Shown: piece after piece, positions 20,854 through 30,818 of the stretch
Numbering within the stretch: position 1 is the stretch's first letter
Layout of the letters: every line of letters begins with the position of its first letter
Source of the DNA: Alphaproteobacteria bacterium
Lineage (GTDB): Bacteria > Pseudomonadota > Alphaproteobacteria > SP197
DNA: 64,000 bases
Assembly (NCBI GenBank): GCA_964291415.2
Contig: OZ219918.1
Coordinates: 352,001-416,000 of the forward strand
Direction: 5' to 3'
Notes under the pieces: generated by a model
Database searches by the model: none
Told to the model about the DNA's origin: nothing
The model's input: the letters and a program-made list of their open reading frames with translations, nothing else
Position numbers and translations under genes: made by a program

Positions 20854-22958
20854 GACGGGGTTGCCTCCCTTGCCTCGAGGACGATGTATCCGTTGCCGTC
20901 GATCCGTCCTTGGAATGACGCGGTGACCACGGTGGTGGTCTGTCCCTCGGTGATGACGCAGGGGCCCTCGAAGGCGGCACCGGGGGCCAGCGACTCCCTG
21001 CTGAAGACCGGCACACCCACCATCTGTCCTGTGGCAGGGTCCACAAGGTGGCGCCGTGACGAGCCTGTCCCTTCGTCTCTCCTGGCGGTCATCACCGTAT
21101 CCGGGTCGTCCGGCAGCGGTGCCGCGACCACCAGCTTCCAACCGAGGATCTCGACGTCCATTCCCGGCACGCTGCGGGAGTACTGCCGGGCATACTCTCG
21201 ATCATATGCCGCCTGAAGGACCGTCCTTTCGCCATCGCCGATTGTCCCGTTGCTGACGGGCACCTCGATTTCGTGTCCCTGTCCGAGATAGCGCATGAAA
21301 CAGGTGCGGCGTTCCTCGAGGGGGACATCTCCGGCTCCCTGGCGGACGATGGTCGATGCCTCGCCGGCCAGGGCGGCGTAGATCCCTGCCACCACCGTGG
21401 CATCGAACGTGGCCAGGGTCATGTAGAGGCTGCGCACGACCTCGAATGCGACCGGTGCGCGCAGCATGCCGACGGCAGAGCCAACGCCGGGATGGAGAGG
21501 GATGACGACGCGCCTGATGCCGAGCTTTTCGGCCATGCGGCAGGCATGCAGCGGACCTGCGCCTCCGAATGCGATCATCGTGCATTGTCTCACGACCTTG
21601 CCTCGCTCGACCGCATGAACCTGGGCAGCGCTGGCCATGTTCTCGTCGACGACTTCCGATATGCCGAGCGCTCCGGCCATGACATCCATGGAAAGTGGCT
21701 CGGCAATGTCCCGCCGGATGACCTGCCGGGCCGCGTCGGTATCGAGGGTCATACTGCCGCCGGCGAATCCCGTTGCCTCGAGGCGTCCTAGAACGAGATC
21801 GGCGTCGGTGACCGTGGCATCGGTGCCGCCTCTGGCGTAGCAACTCGGCCCCGGTTCCGATCCGGCGCTGCGCGGACCGACCGAAATCCGCCCGAGACCG
21901 TCCATGCCGGCGATCGATCCCCCTCCGGCGCCGATCTCGATCATCTCGATCACCGGCAGGCGAACGGTCATGCCGCTCCCCTTCATGAAACGCGCGGCAC
22001 GGGCAATCTCGAAGATGCGGGCTGTCTGCGGCCTCGCATCGTCGATCATGCAGATCTTGGCCGTCGTGCCGCCCATGTCGTAGGACAGCACGCGGGGCTC
22101 ACCGCACTTGCCTGCCACCTTCGCGGCGAGTACCGCGCCGGCGCTCGGTCCCGATTCGACGAGACGGACAGGAAAGCTCATCGCCGTCTCAAGGGAGCAG
22201 ATGCTGCCGCCTGATGTCATCAGCAGCAACGGCCCAGGGATGCCGGCATCGGCGAGTTCTGCCGCAAGCGCACCGAGATAGCGGGCCATCAGCGGCCGCA
22301 CGTAGGCATTGCACACAGTCGTGGTGAGTCGTTCGTACTCCCTGACTTCAGGACAGGCCTCTGAAGAGAGGGTGATGGATACGTCGGGACATTCGCGCAC
22401 GATAAGGTCGCGAACCCGTTCTTCATGACGCGGGTTGGCATAGGCGTGCAGGAGACCGATGGCGACGGATTCGACCTGTTCGTCACGGATCTTTCCCGCG
22501 ATTGCCAGGACACTCGTCTCGTCGAGCTCGATGAGCGGGGTCCCGTTGACGTCCATGCGCTCCGTCACCGGCCAGGTAAGGTGGCGCGGGACCAGCGGCT
22601 CGGGCTTGTTCAGCCAGATATCGTACTGATCGTATCGGTTTTCATAGGCGAGGCGCAGCGTATCGCGGAAGCCGCGGGTGCACACCAGGGCCGTTCTGGC
22701 GCCCCTTCGTTCGATGAGCGCGTTGGTGGCAAGCGTGGTGCCGTGAATCACCGAGCGGACGGCATCGACACCGATACCGGCCTTCTCCAGCGCCAGTCTG
22801 ACACCGGTCATCACGCCTCGTTCCGGTGCCCTTGGTGTCGTGGGAACTTTCGATGTCTCGAGTCGGCCGTCACTGGTTTCAAGGGCAACGTCCGTGAACG
22901 TGCCGCCGACATCAATTCCTATGCGGACGCGACCCTGGGATGCAGCGTATTCAGACAT
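20850..22958 (-). CDS. Hydantoinase A/5-oxoprolinase alpha (ATP-binding) subunit
   Basis: GIDVGGTFTD, HGTTLATNA, ESGP, DMGGTT, GAGGGSIA, AFGGAGPLHA; 4-bp overlap with the beta-subunit gene. Confidence 0.93.
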   Translation of the reverse strand: MSEYAASQGRVRIGIDVGGTFTDVALETSDGRLETSKVPTTPRAPERGVMTGVRLALEKAGIGVDAVRSVIHGTTLATNALIERRGARTALVCTRGFRDTLRLAYENRYDQYDIWLNKPEPLVPRHLTWPVTERMDVNGTPLIELDETSVLAIAGKIRDEQVESVAIGLLHAYANPRHEERVRDLIVRECPDVSITLSSEACPEVREYERLTTTVCNAYVRPLMARYLGALAAELADAGIPGPLLLMTSGGSICSLETAMSFPVRLVESGPSAGAVLAAKVAGKCGEPRVLSYDMGGTTAKICMIDDARPQTARIFEIARAARFMKGSGMTVRLPVIEMIEIGAGGGSIAGMDGLGRISVGPRSAGSEPGPSCYARGGTDATVTDADLVLGRLEATGFAGGSMTLDTDAARQVIRRDIAEPLSMDVMAGALGISEVVDENMASAAQVHAVERGKVVRQCTMIAFGGAGPLHACRMAEKLGIRRVVIPLHPGVGSAVGMLRAPVAFEVVRSLYMTLATFDATVVAGIYAALAGEASTIVRQGAGDVPLEERRTCFMRYLGQGHEIEVPVSNGTIGDGERTVLQAAYDREYARQYSRSVPGMDVEILGWKLVVAAPLPDDPDTVMTARRDEGTGSSRRHLVDPATGQMVGVPVFSRESLAPGAAFEGPCVITEGQTTTVVTASFQGRIDGNGYIVLEAREATPS

Positions 22959-23254
22959 CGTGTTCAGTGTGCTGGGTGATTGTTGCGATCCGGACCGCAA
23001 CGGACGGCGCCCGGCTTCGCCAGGCATGCCGCGAACGGTCAGGTTGCCGGGAGAATGCCACCCGTTGAAATCCCGTCAACCGCCGGGATGCCTGGCGACA
23101 ATCCAGCAACGCGTTCCACGCCCATCACCGGCCATGTCGAACCGTGACGACCTTGCCGCATCCGTGTCCGGCGCAAGGTTGGGGAATCGATCGGTCGAAT
23201 CCCCCAGATGAGGGATCCGCCGGTCAGCGCCACGACATCTTCCGTTGCGGGCGG

Positions 23255-24112
23255 TCACGAAGCAGTTCGACCCTGCCGGCCGGCAAAGAACCGGCAGAGT
23301 TCCGAGTCGGGTACCTGGCGCTGCGAGTAGGCAAAGGTGCCGCGATCGCGGATCTCCGCGGCCGCGTCCCGGATGAGTCCGAAGGTTGCGCGGGCCAGCG
23401 ACCCGCCGACGCTGATCCGCTTGACCCCCAGATCCTCGAGCTGGTTCACGGTCATCGGATTGCCGGCAAGTCCCATGACCACGTTGACCGGGGCGTCGAC
23501 CTCCTTCACCAGGCGGCCAATGGTCCTGGCGTCGGTCATCCCGGGCACGTAGAGGCAGTCCGCTCCTGCATCTCGATAGGCCGTGGCCCTCGTCACCGAC
23601 TCCACGAACGGATTCTCGGATCCGACGAGGTAACATTCGGCCCTTGCCGTCAGGATGAACGGAAACGGCAGGGAGGCCGCAGTCGCCACCGCCGCCTCGA
23701 TTCTCTCGACCGACAGCGTGTGATCGTAGAGTTCGCCCGTGCCGTAGGAGGCGGCAAAGTCCTCGATGCTCGCGCCGACCGCGCCAGTCTCTGCCATCCG
23801 GAGGATGGTCTCGGCAACCTTCTCCGGGGAGTGACCGTAACCGTTTTCGGCGTCCACGCTGACCGGTATCCGAACGGCGCGGCAAATCCGGCCGGTTTCC
23901 TCCTCTGCTTCCTCCTGGGAGAGCGCTCCTTCATAATCAGGCAGTCCCAGACCGAAGGCGATCCCCGCGCTTGTCGTGCCCACCGCTGGGAAGCCGGCGG
24001 CTTCGAGCATGCGCGCGCTGCCGGCGTTCCACGCATTCGGCATCACGAATACTCCGTCAGCCGAATGCAGTTCCCTGAACACTGTCCCTCTGGTTTTCTG
24101 TGCGTCATCCAT
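23255..24112 (-). CDS. Isocitrate lyase/PEP mutase family protein
   Basis: PNAWNAGSAR, GTTSAG, DAENGYG, GASIED, AGADCLYVPG. Confidence 0.9.
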   Translation of the reverse strand: MDDAQKTRGTVFRELHSADGVFVMPNAWNAGSARMLEAAGFPAVGTTSAGIAFGLGLPDYEGALSQEEAEEETGRICRAVRIPVSVDAENGYGHSPEKVAETILRMAETGAVGASIEDFAASYGTGELYDHTLSVERIEAAVATAASLPFPFILTARAECYLVGSENPFVESVTRATAYRDAGADCLYVPGMTDARTIGRLVKEVDAPVNVVMGLAGNPMTVNQLEDLGVKRISVGGSLARATFGLIRDAAAEIRDRGTFAYSQRQVPDSELCRFFAGRQGRTAS

Positions 24113-24562
24113 GGTCCGGCATTCCCTTGCACACCTGCTGGTAGAGAGTTCATCAGACATGTGATCAAGGGGGCGCTTCGATGATCATGGCACCCTGTTC
24201 CCCCGGATTCACGCAACCGTCGCGCGAGGCGCCCGGGCATGTGATCACAACAAACCTGCGGTGCTGTTTACGAGCGTGTGTCGCGCGATGGAAAGGAAAT
24301 CTCGTGACGGGTGTGCGGACAGATGTCGGAGTCACTCACGCCGGAAGCTCCGTTCGACGGGGACCAGCCGCCGTCGCCCTTGCAGGTCGGGAGCGGGATC
24401 GACTATCGGCGATCGGGAGTGATTCTGAGTTCTCTGGCATGACGACCTGTCGTGCCATTACGGTGATCGGGGCGCCAACCGAAAGCGGCCCGGCAATCGC
24501 AACGGGCACACGCCCGGACCCCTCGCGAACGCCCGCCGGCCGGGCGTCGGGTCAAAGTACCC

Positions 24563-24605
24563 TTGACCGGTTTAATGTCTTGATAGTATACAAATTGTCG
24601 ACAAT
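24563..24605 (+). promoter_or_regulatory. Putative promoter with GntR-type operator upstream of the DapA-like gene
   Basis: AT-rich island with TTGACC followed by TAGTATACAAATTGTCGACAAT; perfect palindrome ATTGTCGACAAT at 24594-24605. Confidence 0.6.
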
Positions 24606-24681
24606 ATGTGACATGACAGTCACGCCGGTGCCCCGAGGCGGCTCGCATTCACGGTCGTCGCCCGCAACAAGGAGAACAATC

Positions 24682-25623
24682 GTGTTCAAAGGCATCATTC
24701 CCCCCATCATCACGCCGTTTCACGACGACCTCGGCATCGACGAGGCCGGCTACGCCGAAGTGATCGAATACATGATCGCCGGCGGCGTCCACGGCATCGT
24801 CTGCGGCGGAACAACGGGTGAGAGCTACGCCCTGACGCGAGACGAGAGGGTCCGTCAGTTCCGCTTCGCGAAAGAGGTGATTGGCGGTCGCGTGCCCCTG
24901 ATCTGCGGTGTGAACGACATGACGACGACGGGCGCTTGCGCGTATGCCGCCGCGGCGAAGGAGGCGGGTGCCGACGGCATCCTCCTGGCGGCGCCGCCCT
25001 ATTCGCTGCCGACGGAGCGCGAACTTGCCGCTCACTGCCTGGATGTCGACCGAGCCTGCGGGCTGCCGATCATGCTCTACAACTATCCTGGCCGCACCGG
25101 CGTTGAGATGGGTGCCGACTTTCTCGAGCAGGTCGGTCGACGGGCCACATTCAAGGCGATCAAGGAAGCCAGCGGCGACATCGACCGGCTGCACCTCCTT
25201 GCGTGTGATTTTCCGCACATCGAAATCAGCTGCGGCGCCGAGGACCAGGCGCTCGAGTTCTTTGTCTGGGGCGCTACGAGCTGGGTCACGCCGATGGGCA
25301 ACTTTTTCGTCGAGGAGGCGGTCGATTTCTACAACGTCTGTACGCGGGACAAGGATTTCGACAAGGCGCGCGCCATGATGAGGGCTCTGCTGCCGCTCAT
25401 GTCCGCCATCGAGGGCGGCGGCAACTACGCCCAGTCGGTCAAGTACGCCGTTGCCTTCCAGGGACTTCCCGCTGGCCCGGTCCGCCCGCCCATGCGGGAC
25501 ATGAGTGAAGAACTGAAGCGCGAGCTGCATCAGGTCCTCGAGACCGTCAAGGCGACGCTGGACGCAATCCGCTCGCGTGCGAACGGCAATGACGGAGAAA
25601 GACATGTTCGGCTTGTTGGATGA
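24682..25623 (+). CDS. Dihydrodipicolinate synthase-family protein (likely pyrroline-4-hydroxy-2-carboxylate deaminase-like)
   Basis: GGTTGES, MLYNYPGRTG, Schiff-base Lys in IKEASGD; AAGGAG RBS before GTG; sits in the hydroxyproline gene context. Confidence 0.88.
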   Translation: MFKGIIPPIITPFHDDLGIDEAGYAEVIEYMIAGGVHGIVCGGTTGESYALTRDERVRQFRFAKEVIGGRVPLICGVNDMTTTGACAYAAAAKEAGADGILLAAPPYSLPTERELAAHCLDVDRACGLPIMLYNYPGRTGVEMGADFLEQVGRRATFKAIKEASGDIDRLHLLACDFPHIEISCGAEDQALEFFVWGATSWVTPMGNFFVEEAVDFYNVCTRDKDFDKARAMMRALLPLMSAIEGGGNYAQSVKYAVAFQGLPAGPVRPPMRDMSEELKRELHQVLETVKATLDAIRSRANGNDGERHVRLVG

Positions 25624-25984
25624 GGATGAAACTGCGGCCATCACGTCGAAACTTGCATGTCCGGCGACCGCGGGCACCAGTGGCGTTTTCGCGGTCGCCT
25701 GATCGGGCAGGATGTTCGAGACCCTGAATTCGTCGGCTGGCAGTCATCGTTGAGGCGACGTCGTGCACTTGAGACGGCGCGAAGCATTCGAATGCGCGGT
25801 TCGGTCGTGTCGTTGCCAGCGCGAACGCACGTCACCGCTGCATCGTTTCGTGATGCTGACCGAACGTCACATCAACGTTCCGGCTGCCCTTGAAGGCATG
25901 GCGATTGTGGCGGTTGCGTCTTCCCCACCGGTCGTGCCGACAGGGAATTCACAATCCTCCGCGACCTCGTCGATAATGACCTGA
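25604..25984 (+). pseudogene. Decayed aldehyde dehydrogenase remnant
   Basis: One frame reads MFGLLDEDETAAITSKL...*SGRMFETLNSSAG..*GDV...REAFE...RER...L.RF..L..R....AALE, the pattern of an ALDH N-terminus, with two stop codons; GGAG RBS. Confidence 0.65.
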
Positions 25985-26133
25985 CGGCGCCGGCTTCGTA
26001 GCCCGTTGCGAGGGCGGTACTCGAGAGTGCGGCCCCTTGTTGGAGGGGCGGAACCGCCGATGGACGAACGTTCCGCGCCGGATGTCGGGCCGCCCTGAGT
26101 GGGCGGTTCGCCCGCCAAGGGAGATTCGCATCC

Positions 26134-27171
26134 ATGAAGTGGTCGAAAACGTTGACGATGGTTGAGGCCCACGCGGAAGGCGAGGTCGGCCGCGTCGTAA
26201 CCGGAGGTTTCGTGAATGTTCCCGGAGAAACGGCGGTCGCCAAGCTGGATCATCTGAACCAGGTTGACGACAGCATTCGCCGGTTCTGCGTGTTCGAGCC
26301 TCGTGGCTGCGCCCAAATGAGCACGAATCTCGTTTTTCCGGCGACCCGGCCTGACGCCGATGTCGGGTTCGTCGTCCTGCAGGGCGACAAGGCACACGCC
26401 ATGTCGGGCTCGAATGCCATCTGTGTCACGACGGTCCTGCTGGAGACTGGCGCCATCGCGATGACGGAACCGGAAACGGTGGTTCGTTTCGACACGGCCG
26501 CTGGACTGGTTGCCGCACGCGCCGCGTGCCGCGACGGCAAGTGCGAGCGTGTCACCCTCGACATGCCTCCGGGATTCGTGGAGGACCTGGACGTCGGTCT
26601 CGACGTGCCGGGGCTCGGGTCGGTCACGGTCGACATTGCGTTCGGCGGCATCTACTACGCCCTGATCGATCCCCGGCAGCTTGGCCTTTCGATCGAGCCG
26701 AACCAGGGACGCGCGCTGGTGGACGCCGGATCGAGGATTCATCGCGCCGCCAACGCCGCTCTCTCGTTCTGCCATCCGGAGATCCCGTCCCTCAACAGCC
26801 TGTCCTATGTCATGTTCGTCGACACGCTTGACGACGGCACGCTGATCGGCACGACCGTCCTGCCGCCGGGCCGCCTGGACCGCTCGCCGTGCGGGACTGG
26901 CAACACGGCCCGCATGGCCGCACGTTGGGCTCGCCACCAGGCCCGTCCCGGCGATGTCGTCGAGGCGCGATCGATCATCGGCAGCACGTTCAACGTCGAG
27001 TTCGTGGGGCCGGCGCAGGTCGGCCCGAAACCGGCGATCCGTTCGCGGGTTTCCGGACGCGGGTGGATCCACGGAGTTCACCAGATCGGACTGGATCCGA
27101 GCGATCCGTTTCCAAACGGCTTTCTCCTCTCGGACACCTGGGGCGATGCCTTCGACCTTCTCGCATCCTGA
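26134..27171 (+). CDS. Proline racemase-family protein (Ser/Cys active-site variant)
   Basis: HAEGEVG, EPRG, MSGSN in place of MCGH, DRSPCGTG. Confidence 0.92.
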   Translation: MKWSKTLTMVEAHAEGEVGRVVTGGFVNVPGETAVAKLDHLNQVDDSIRRFCVFEPRGCAQMSTNLVFPATRPDADVGFVVLQGDKAHAMSGSNAICVTTVLLETGAIAMTEPETVVRFDTAAGLVAARAACRDGKCERVTLDMPPGFVEDLDVGLDVPGLGSVTVDIAFGGIYYALIDPRQLGLSIEPNQGRALVDAGSRIHRAANAALSFCHPEIPSLNSLSYVMFVDTLDDGTLIGTTVLPPGRLDRSPCGTGNTARMAARWARHQARPGDVVEARSIIGSTFNVEFVGPAQVGPKPAIRSRVSGRGWIHGVHQIGLDPSDPFPNGFLLSDTWGDAFDLLAS

Positions 27172-27435
27172 ACGCGGGAGTTCGGCCTTCCGTCTGCTGG
27201 ACCAGCGAATCTGGCTCAGCGGTGTCGACAGCGTGTTTCCTCGCCGAAGGCGGGTCGGGCGTCGCGGTGATGGATTCCCGTCCGTCGGGCGAAAGCGGTT
27301 CGTCTTGCGCCATTCAAGTCGTGTCGGAAATCCGCAGGAAGCCTCAGCCTTGCCGGGCAAACAGTACGTGCTCGCAACGGGCGTTCTCGCTGTCACGCCG
27401 CTTCGCGGCGCCCTGTCGGGTTCGAGTCGCGGGGA
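27172..27435 (+). pseudogene. Possible decayed FAD-dependent D-amino-acid oxidase/dehydrogenase remnant
   Basis: AVSTACFLAEGGSGVAVMDSRPSGESGSS resembles the DAO-family N-terminal FAD-binding segment; YVLATG and VTPLRGAL occur in another frame. Confidence 0.4.
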
Positions 27436-28536
27436 CTATCCGTAGACTGCGACCGGGTTGCCCACCGACCGACGATCGAGGTCGACACCGAGGCCCGGCA
27501 TTTCGCTGGCCCGCATCGTACCGTCGGTTCGACAGGGCCCGCCCGTCGCGGTGTCGACCGTGACATAGCTGTTGAAGTCGGTCGAAGAGAAGCGAACGCG
27601 TTCGGGCGTCGAATGGGCGAGATGGGCGATCGCCGCCGTCACGATATCCGATCCCCAGCTGTCTTCGATTGTCATCGCAATTCCGAGCGTAGCGCACACG
27701 TCGCGAATCACGCGTGCCTTCGACAATCCACCCACCTTCGAGATCTTCAGGTTGATGTTGTCCATTGCGCCGTCGTGGTAGGCACGCAGGAGTATCGCAA
27801 GGCTGTCGATGTTCTCGTCAAGGATGAAGGGCCGCGCGGTCCGCGAGCGAACGGTCAGGCATTCCTCATAGCTCTTGCACGGTTGTTCGATGTAGACGTC
27901 GCAGTCCGCCACGGCGTCGACGACACGGGCGGCCTCATGCGCCAGCCAGCCGGTGTTGGCATCGGCAACAAGAATCTCACCGCGATCGAGGATCTCGCGC
28001 GCCAGAATGATACGCTCGATGTCCTCGTCCGGGTTGCCGCCGACCTTGAGCTGGAACTTCCCGTATCCCTGGTCCCTGTAGGACGCGACATTTCGTGCCA
28101 TGTCCTTCGGTGGCAGCTGGCTGATGGCGCGATAGAGGTCGACGGCATCACCTTGACGCCCGCCCAACAAGTCGCAGACGGGCATGCCGGCGCGCTTGCC
28201 AAGCAGGTCCCAACACGCCATGTCGATGGCGGACTTGACGTACGGGTGGCCCAACAGCGCCGTATCCATGACCGTGTTGATCGTCGCCAGGTCGGTGGCA
28301 TTCAGCCCGATCAGGTGTGGCGCAAGTTCCTCAATGCCCGCGCGGGCCCCCTTGCCGAATGCCGGCAGGTAGAAGGGGCCAAGGGGACACACTTCGCCGA
28401 TCCCCGTGGTGTCGTCGGTTATGACCTCGACGATCGTGCTGTCGAACACCTCGACGTACTTGCCTTCGGCCCAGGAGTAGCGGCCTTCCACCAACGGCAA
28501 TTCGACCTGGTAGACCTTGAGTTGCCTGATTCGCAT
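27436..28536 (-). CDS. Enolase-superfamily (mandelate racemase/MLE) enzyme, cis-3-hydroxy-L-proline dehydratase-like
   Basis: [29 protein letters not shown] (KxK), [26 protein letters not shown]; resembles the characterized c3Hyp dehydratase subgroup as recalled. Confidence 0.85.
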   Translation of the reverse strand: MRIRQLKVYQVELPLVEGRYSWAEGKYVEVFDSTIVEVITDDTTGIGEVCPLGPFYLPAFGKGARAGIEELAPHLIGLNATDLATINTVMDTALLGHPYVKSAIDMACWDLLGKRAGMPVCDLLGGRQGDAVDLYRAISQLPPKDMARNVASYRDQGYGKFQLKVGGNPDEDIERIILAREILDRGEILVADANTGWLAHEAARVVDAVADCDVYIEQPCKSYEECLTVRSRTARPFILDENIDSLAILLRAYHDGAMDNINLKISKVGGLSKARVIRDVCATLGIAMTIEDSWGSDIVTAAIAHLAHSTPERVRFSSTDFNSYVTVDTATGGPCRTDGTMRASEMPGLGVDLDRRSVGNPVAVYG

Positions 28537-28568
28537 GAGTGAAGTCCCCGTATGAGCCCGATGCGCCG

Positions 28569-29291
28569 TCAGCGGACCTTGGCAAGGAAGCGTTGTGTCT
28601 TTTCGGATTGTGCCGCACCGAATATCTGGGACGGCGGGCCGATCTCCTCGATACGGCCCTCGTCGACAAAGGCGACCCGGTCGGACACGTCGCGCGCGAA
28701 GCCCATTTCGTGGGTGACGCAGATCATCGTCGCTCCCTCGTTGGCGAGCAGCCGCATCGTGTCGAGAACCTCTCCCACCAGTTCCGGGTCCAGCGCAGAG
28801 GTCGCTTCGTCGAACAGCATGTAGTCCGGTTCCATGGCCAGCGCCCGGGCGATCGCCAGGCGTTGCTGCTGGCCGCCCGACAGCTTCGAGGGATAGACGT
28901 CCAGCTTGTCGCCCAGCCCCACGTGCTCGAGTTGCGCCCTGGCGATGTCGCGGGCCTCGGCACGCGATTTCCTCTTCACGATCCTGGGCGCGAGAGCGAC
29001 GTTTTCCAGGGCCGTAAGATGCGGAAACGAATTCCATTGCTGGAACACCATTCCGAGGCGCTGCCGCAACCTGTTGAGATTGGTATCGCGTCCGTGCACG
29101 TCTTCGCCGTCGACAAGGATCCGCCCGCCCTGGATCGATTCGAGGCCGTTGATGCAATAGAGCAGGGTCGACTTGCCCGATCCGCTGGCACCGATGATGC
29201 TGATGACCTCGCCGTTGTGAACGGTGAGGTCGATGCCGCGAAGTACTTCGAGCGGACCGAACGACTTGCGTACACCTTCGATTTCAATCAT
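28569..29291 (-). CDS. Polar amino-acid ABC transporter ATP-binding protein
   Basis: Walker [29 protein letters not shown]. Confidence 0.95.
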   Translation of the reverse strand: MIEIEGVRKSFGPLEVLRGIDLTVHNGEVISIIGASGSGKSTLLYCINGLESIQGGRILVDGEDVHGRDTNLNRLRQRLGMVFQQWNSFPHLTALENVALAPRIVKRKSRAEARDIARAQLEHVGLGDKLDVYPSKLSGGQQQRLAIARALAMEPDYMLFDEATSALDPELVGEVLDTMRLLANEGATMICVTHEMGFARDVSDRVAFVDEGRIEEIGPPSQIFGAAQSEKTQRFLAKVR

Positions 29292-29955
29292 GGCTCCATC
29301 TCCTCTCCAGCCGCTCGGACAAGCGGGCGATCGGGAACGAGAGTGCAAAGTAGAAGGCACCGACGACCGCCAGAACGAGGAAGGGTTCCTGCGTTCTGGT
29401 GATCAGGATCTGGGAAGCGCGCAACAGCTCCATGTAGCCAAGCACGGACACAAGGGCCGTGTCCTTGAGGACTCCGAGCGCGACGCCGGTCCACGAGGGC
29501 AACACCGCACGAATGCCGATTGGCCAGACGACGTAGCGCAGGTCCTGCCAGTAGCTCATGCCGAGGGAGCGGGCCGCGCGGCGGGTCGAAACCGACACCG
29601 CCTCGATGCCGCCGCGCGCAACCTGCGCGACAAGGGCACTGGTGTACATGACCAGGACCAGGGTGCCCGCCCCGAAGGGATCAAGCGGAAAGCCGACGAT
29701 CGGGAAGAAGTTGAAGAACAGGACGAGCTGAATGATCAATGGCACGCTGCGGAAGATGTCGAGGACCCAGCCAAGGGTCGCGGCGCCATACCAGCGGCCG
29801 ATCGAAAGCAGCCATCCGAACGCGATGCCGAGCACCGTACCGCCCGAGATTCCGAGCACGGAGATCAGCAGGGTTCGCCCGGCCGCCTCAAGCAGGAACC
29901 AGAGGTCTTCGGCCCTGAAGCTGGTGAAGAACTCTATGGAGTCGGATTCGGACAT
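29284..29955 (-). CDS. Polar amino-acid ABC transporter permease
   Basis: FRSVPLIIQL, ARSLGMS EAA-like loop, LKDTALVS. Confidence 0.93.
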   Translation of the reverse strand: MSESDSIEFFTSFRAEDLWFLLEAAGRTLLISVLGISGGTVLGIAFGWLLSIGRWYGAATLGWVLDIFRSVPLIIQLVLFFNFFPIVGFPLDPFGAGTLVLVMYTSALVAQVARGGIEAVSVSTRRAARSLGMSYWQDLRYVVWPIGIRAVLPSWTGVALGVLKDTALVSVLGYMELLRASQILITRTQEPFLVLAVVGAFYFALSFPIARLSERLERRWSHD

Positions 29956-29967
29956 TCACGGGCTCCG

Positions 29968-30627
29968 TCAATACCGGAACAGGCGCCAGGCGATCAGCCT
30001 GGACGCGCCGAGGATGATCTTGACCAGCCCGTAGTAGATGGCGGCGGTGAACAGGAAGTACTCGAATATGCGGAATGTCTTGGACGCGAGAAACTGGGTC
30101 TCTCCGGTCAGTTCGCGGAACCCGACGAGCATGCCGAGAGAGCTCATCAACACCGCCCACACCATCTGATTGGTCATGGGGTAGTACACGATACGGAAGA
30201 CCTGCGGGATGATGATGCGGACATATGTCTGGACTGCAGACATGCCGAGAGAGCGCGCCGCCCGGTACTGAGTATCGGGGATGGCATTGAAGCCGCCCCG
30301 GAAATTCTCGGCGAGATAGCCTGCGTTGTTGAACGAGAGTCCGCATAGAACGATCATGTAGGGGCTCAGATGGAATCCAAATGCGCCGAGGCCGAAGCCG
30401 AAGAAGAAGAGCTGGAGCAAAGCGGGAGTGTTGCGTGCAATCTCGATCCAGCCAACCGCGAACCAGACCGTCGAACGCTTGCGCGACATCCTGATCAATG
30501 CCAGGACGAGGCCGATCAGGATACCGATCACCATTGACAACACGGCTACTTCGAGCGTCACGAGAGCCGCCTCGAGCAGGTCCGGGAGCTTCCGGATCAC
30601 AGGTCGCCAATGAAAGGTGTAATCCAC
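29968..30627 (-). CDS. Polar amino-acid ABC transporter permease
   Basis: ARNTPALLQL, YLAENFRGG, AARSLGMS. Confidence 0.93.
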   Translation of the reverse strand: MDYTFHWRPVIRKLPDLLEAALVTLEVAVLSMVIGILIGLVLALIRMSRKRSTVWFAVGWIEIARNTPALLQLFFFGFGLGAFGFHLSPYMIVLCGLSFNNAGYLAENFRGGFNAIPDTQYRAARSLGMSAVQTYVRIIIPQVFRIVYYPMTNQMVWAVLMSSLGMLVGFRELTGETQFLASKTFRIFEYFLFTAAIYYGLVKIILGASRLIAWRLFRY

Positions 30628-30708
30628 CTGTTCGCCTCCCGCCGACCGTCGAAGTTGCAGCTATCGTCACATTATCGGACCAACACCTGGATTTGCGCTA
30701 CTGGTTAA

Positions 30709-30751
30709 GGAATGGGGCGAGGGATCTCCCGAGATCCCCGCCCCACATTCC
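30709..30751. terminator. Stem-loop between the binding-protein and permease genes
   Basis: GGAATGGGGCGAGGGATCTC-CC-GAGATCCCCGCCCCACATTCC, an imperfect inverted repeat. Confidence 0.55.
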
Positions 30752-30818
30752 AACGCGCCGCGGCGGCCGGTTGCACCGGCGGTGGTGCGTCAGCCACCGC
30801 CGCGGGTGACGGACGGAA

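Noticed and set aside
24158-24249. Two copies of CATGTGATCA upstream of the PEP-mutase-family gene
   Set aside because: Too short and lacking CRP/FNR spacing; cannot be distinguished from chance
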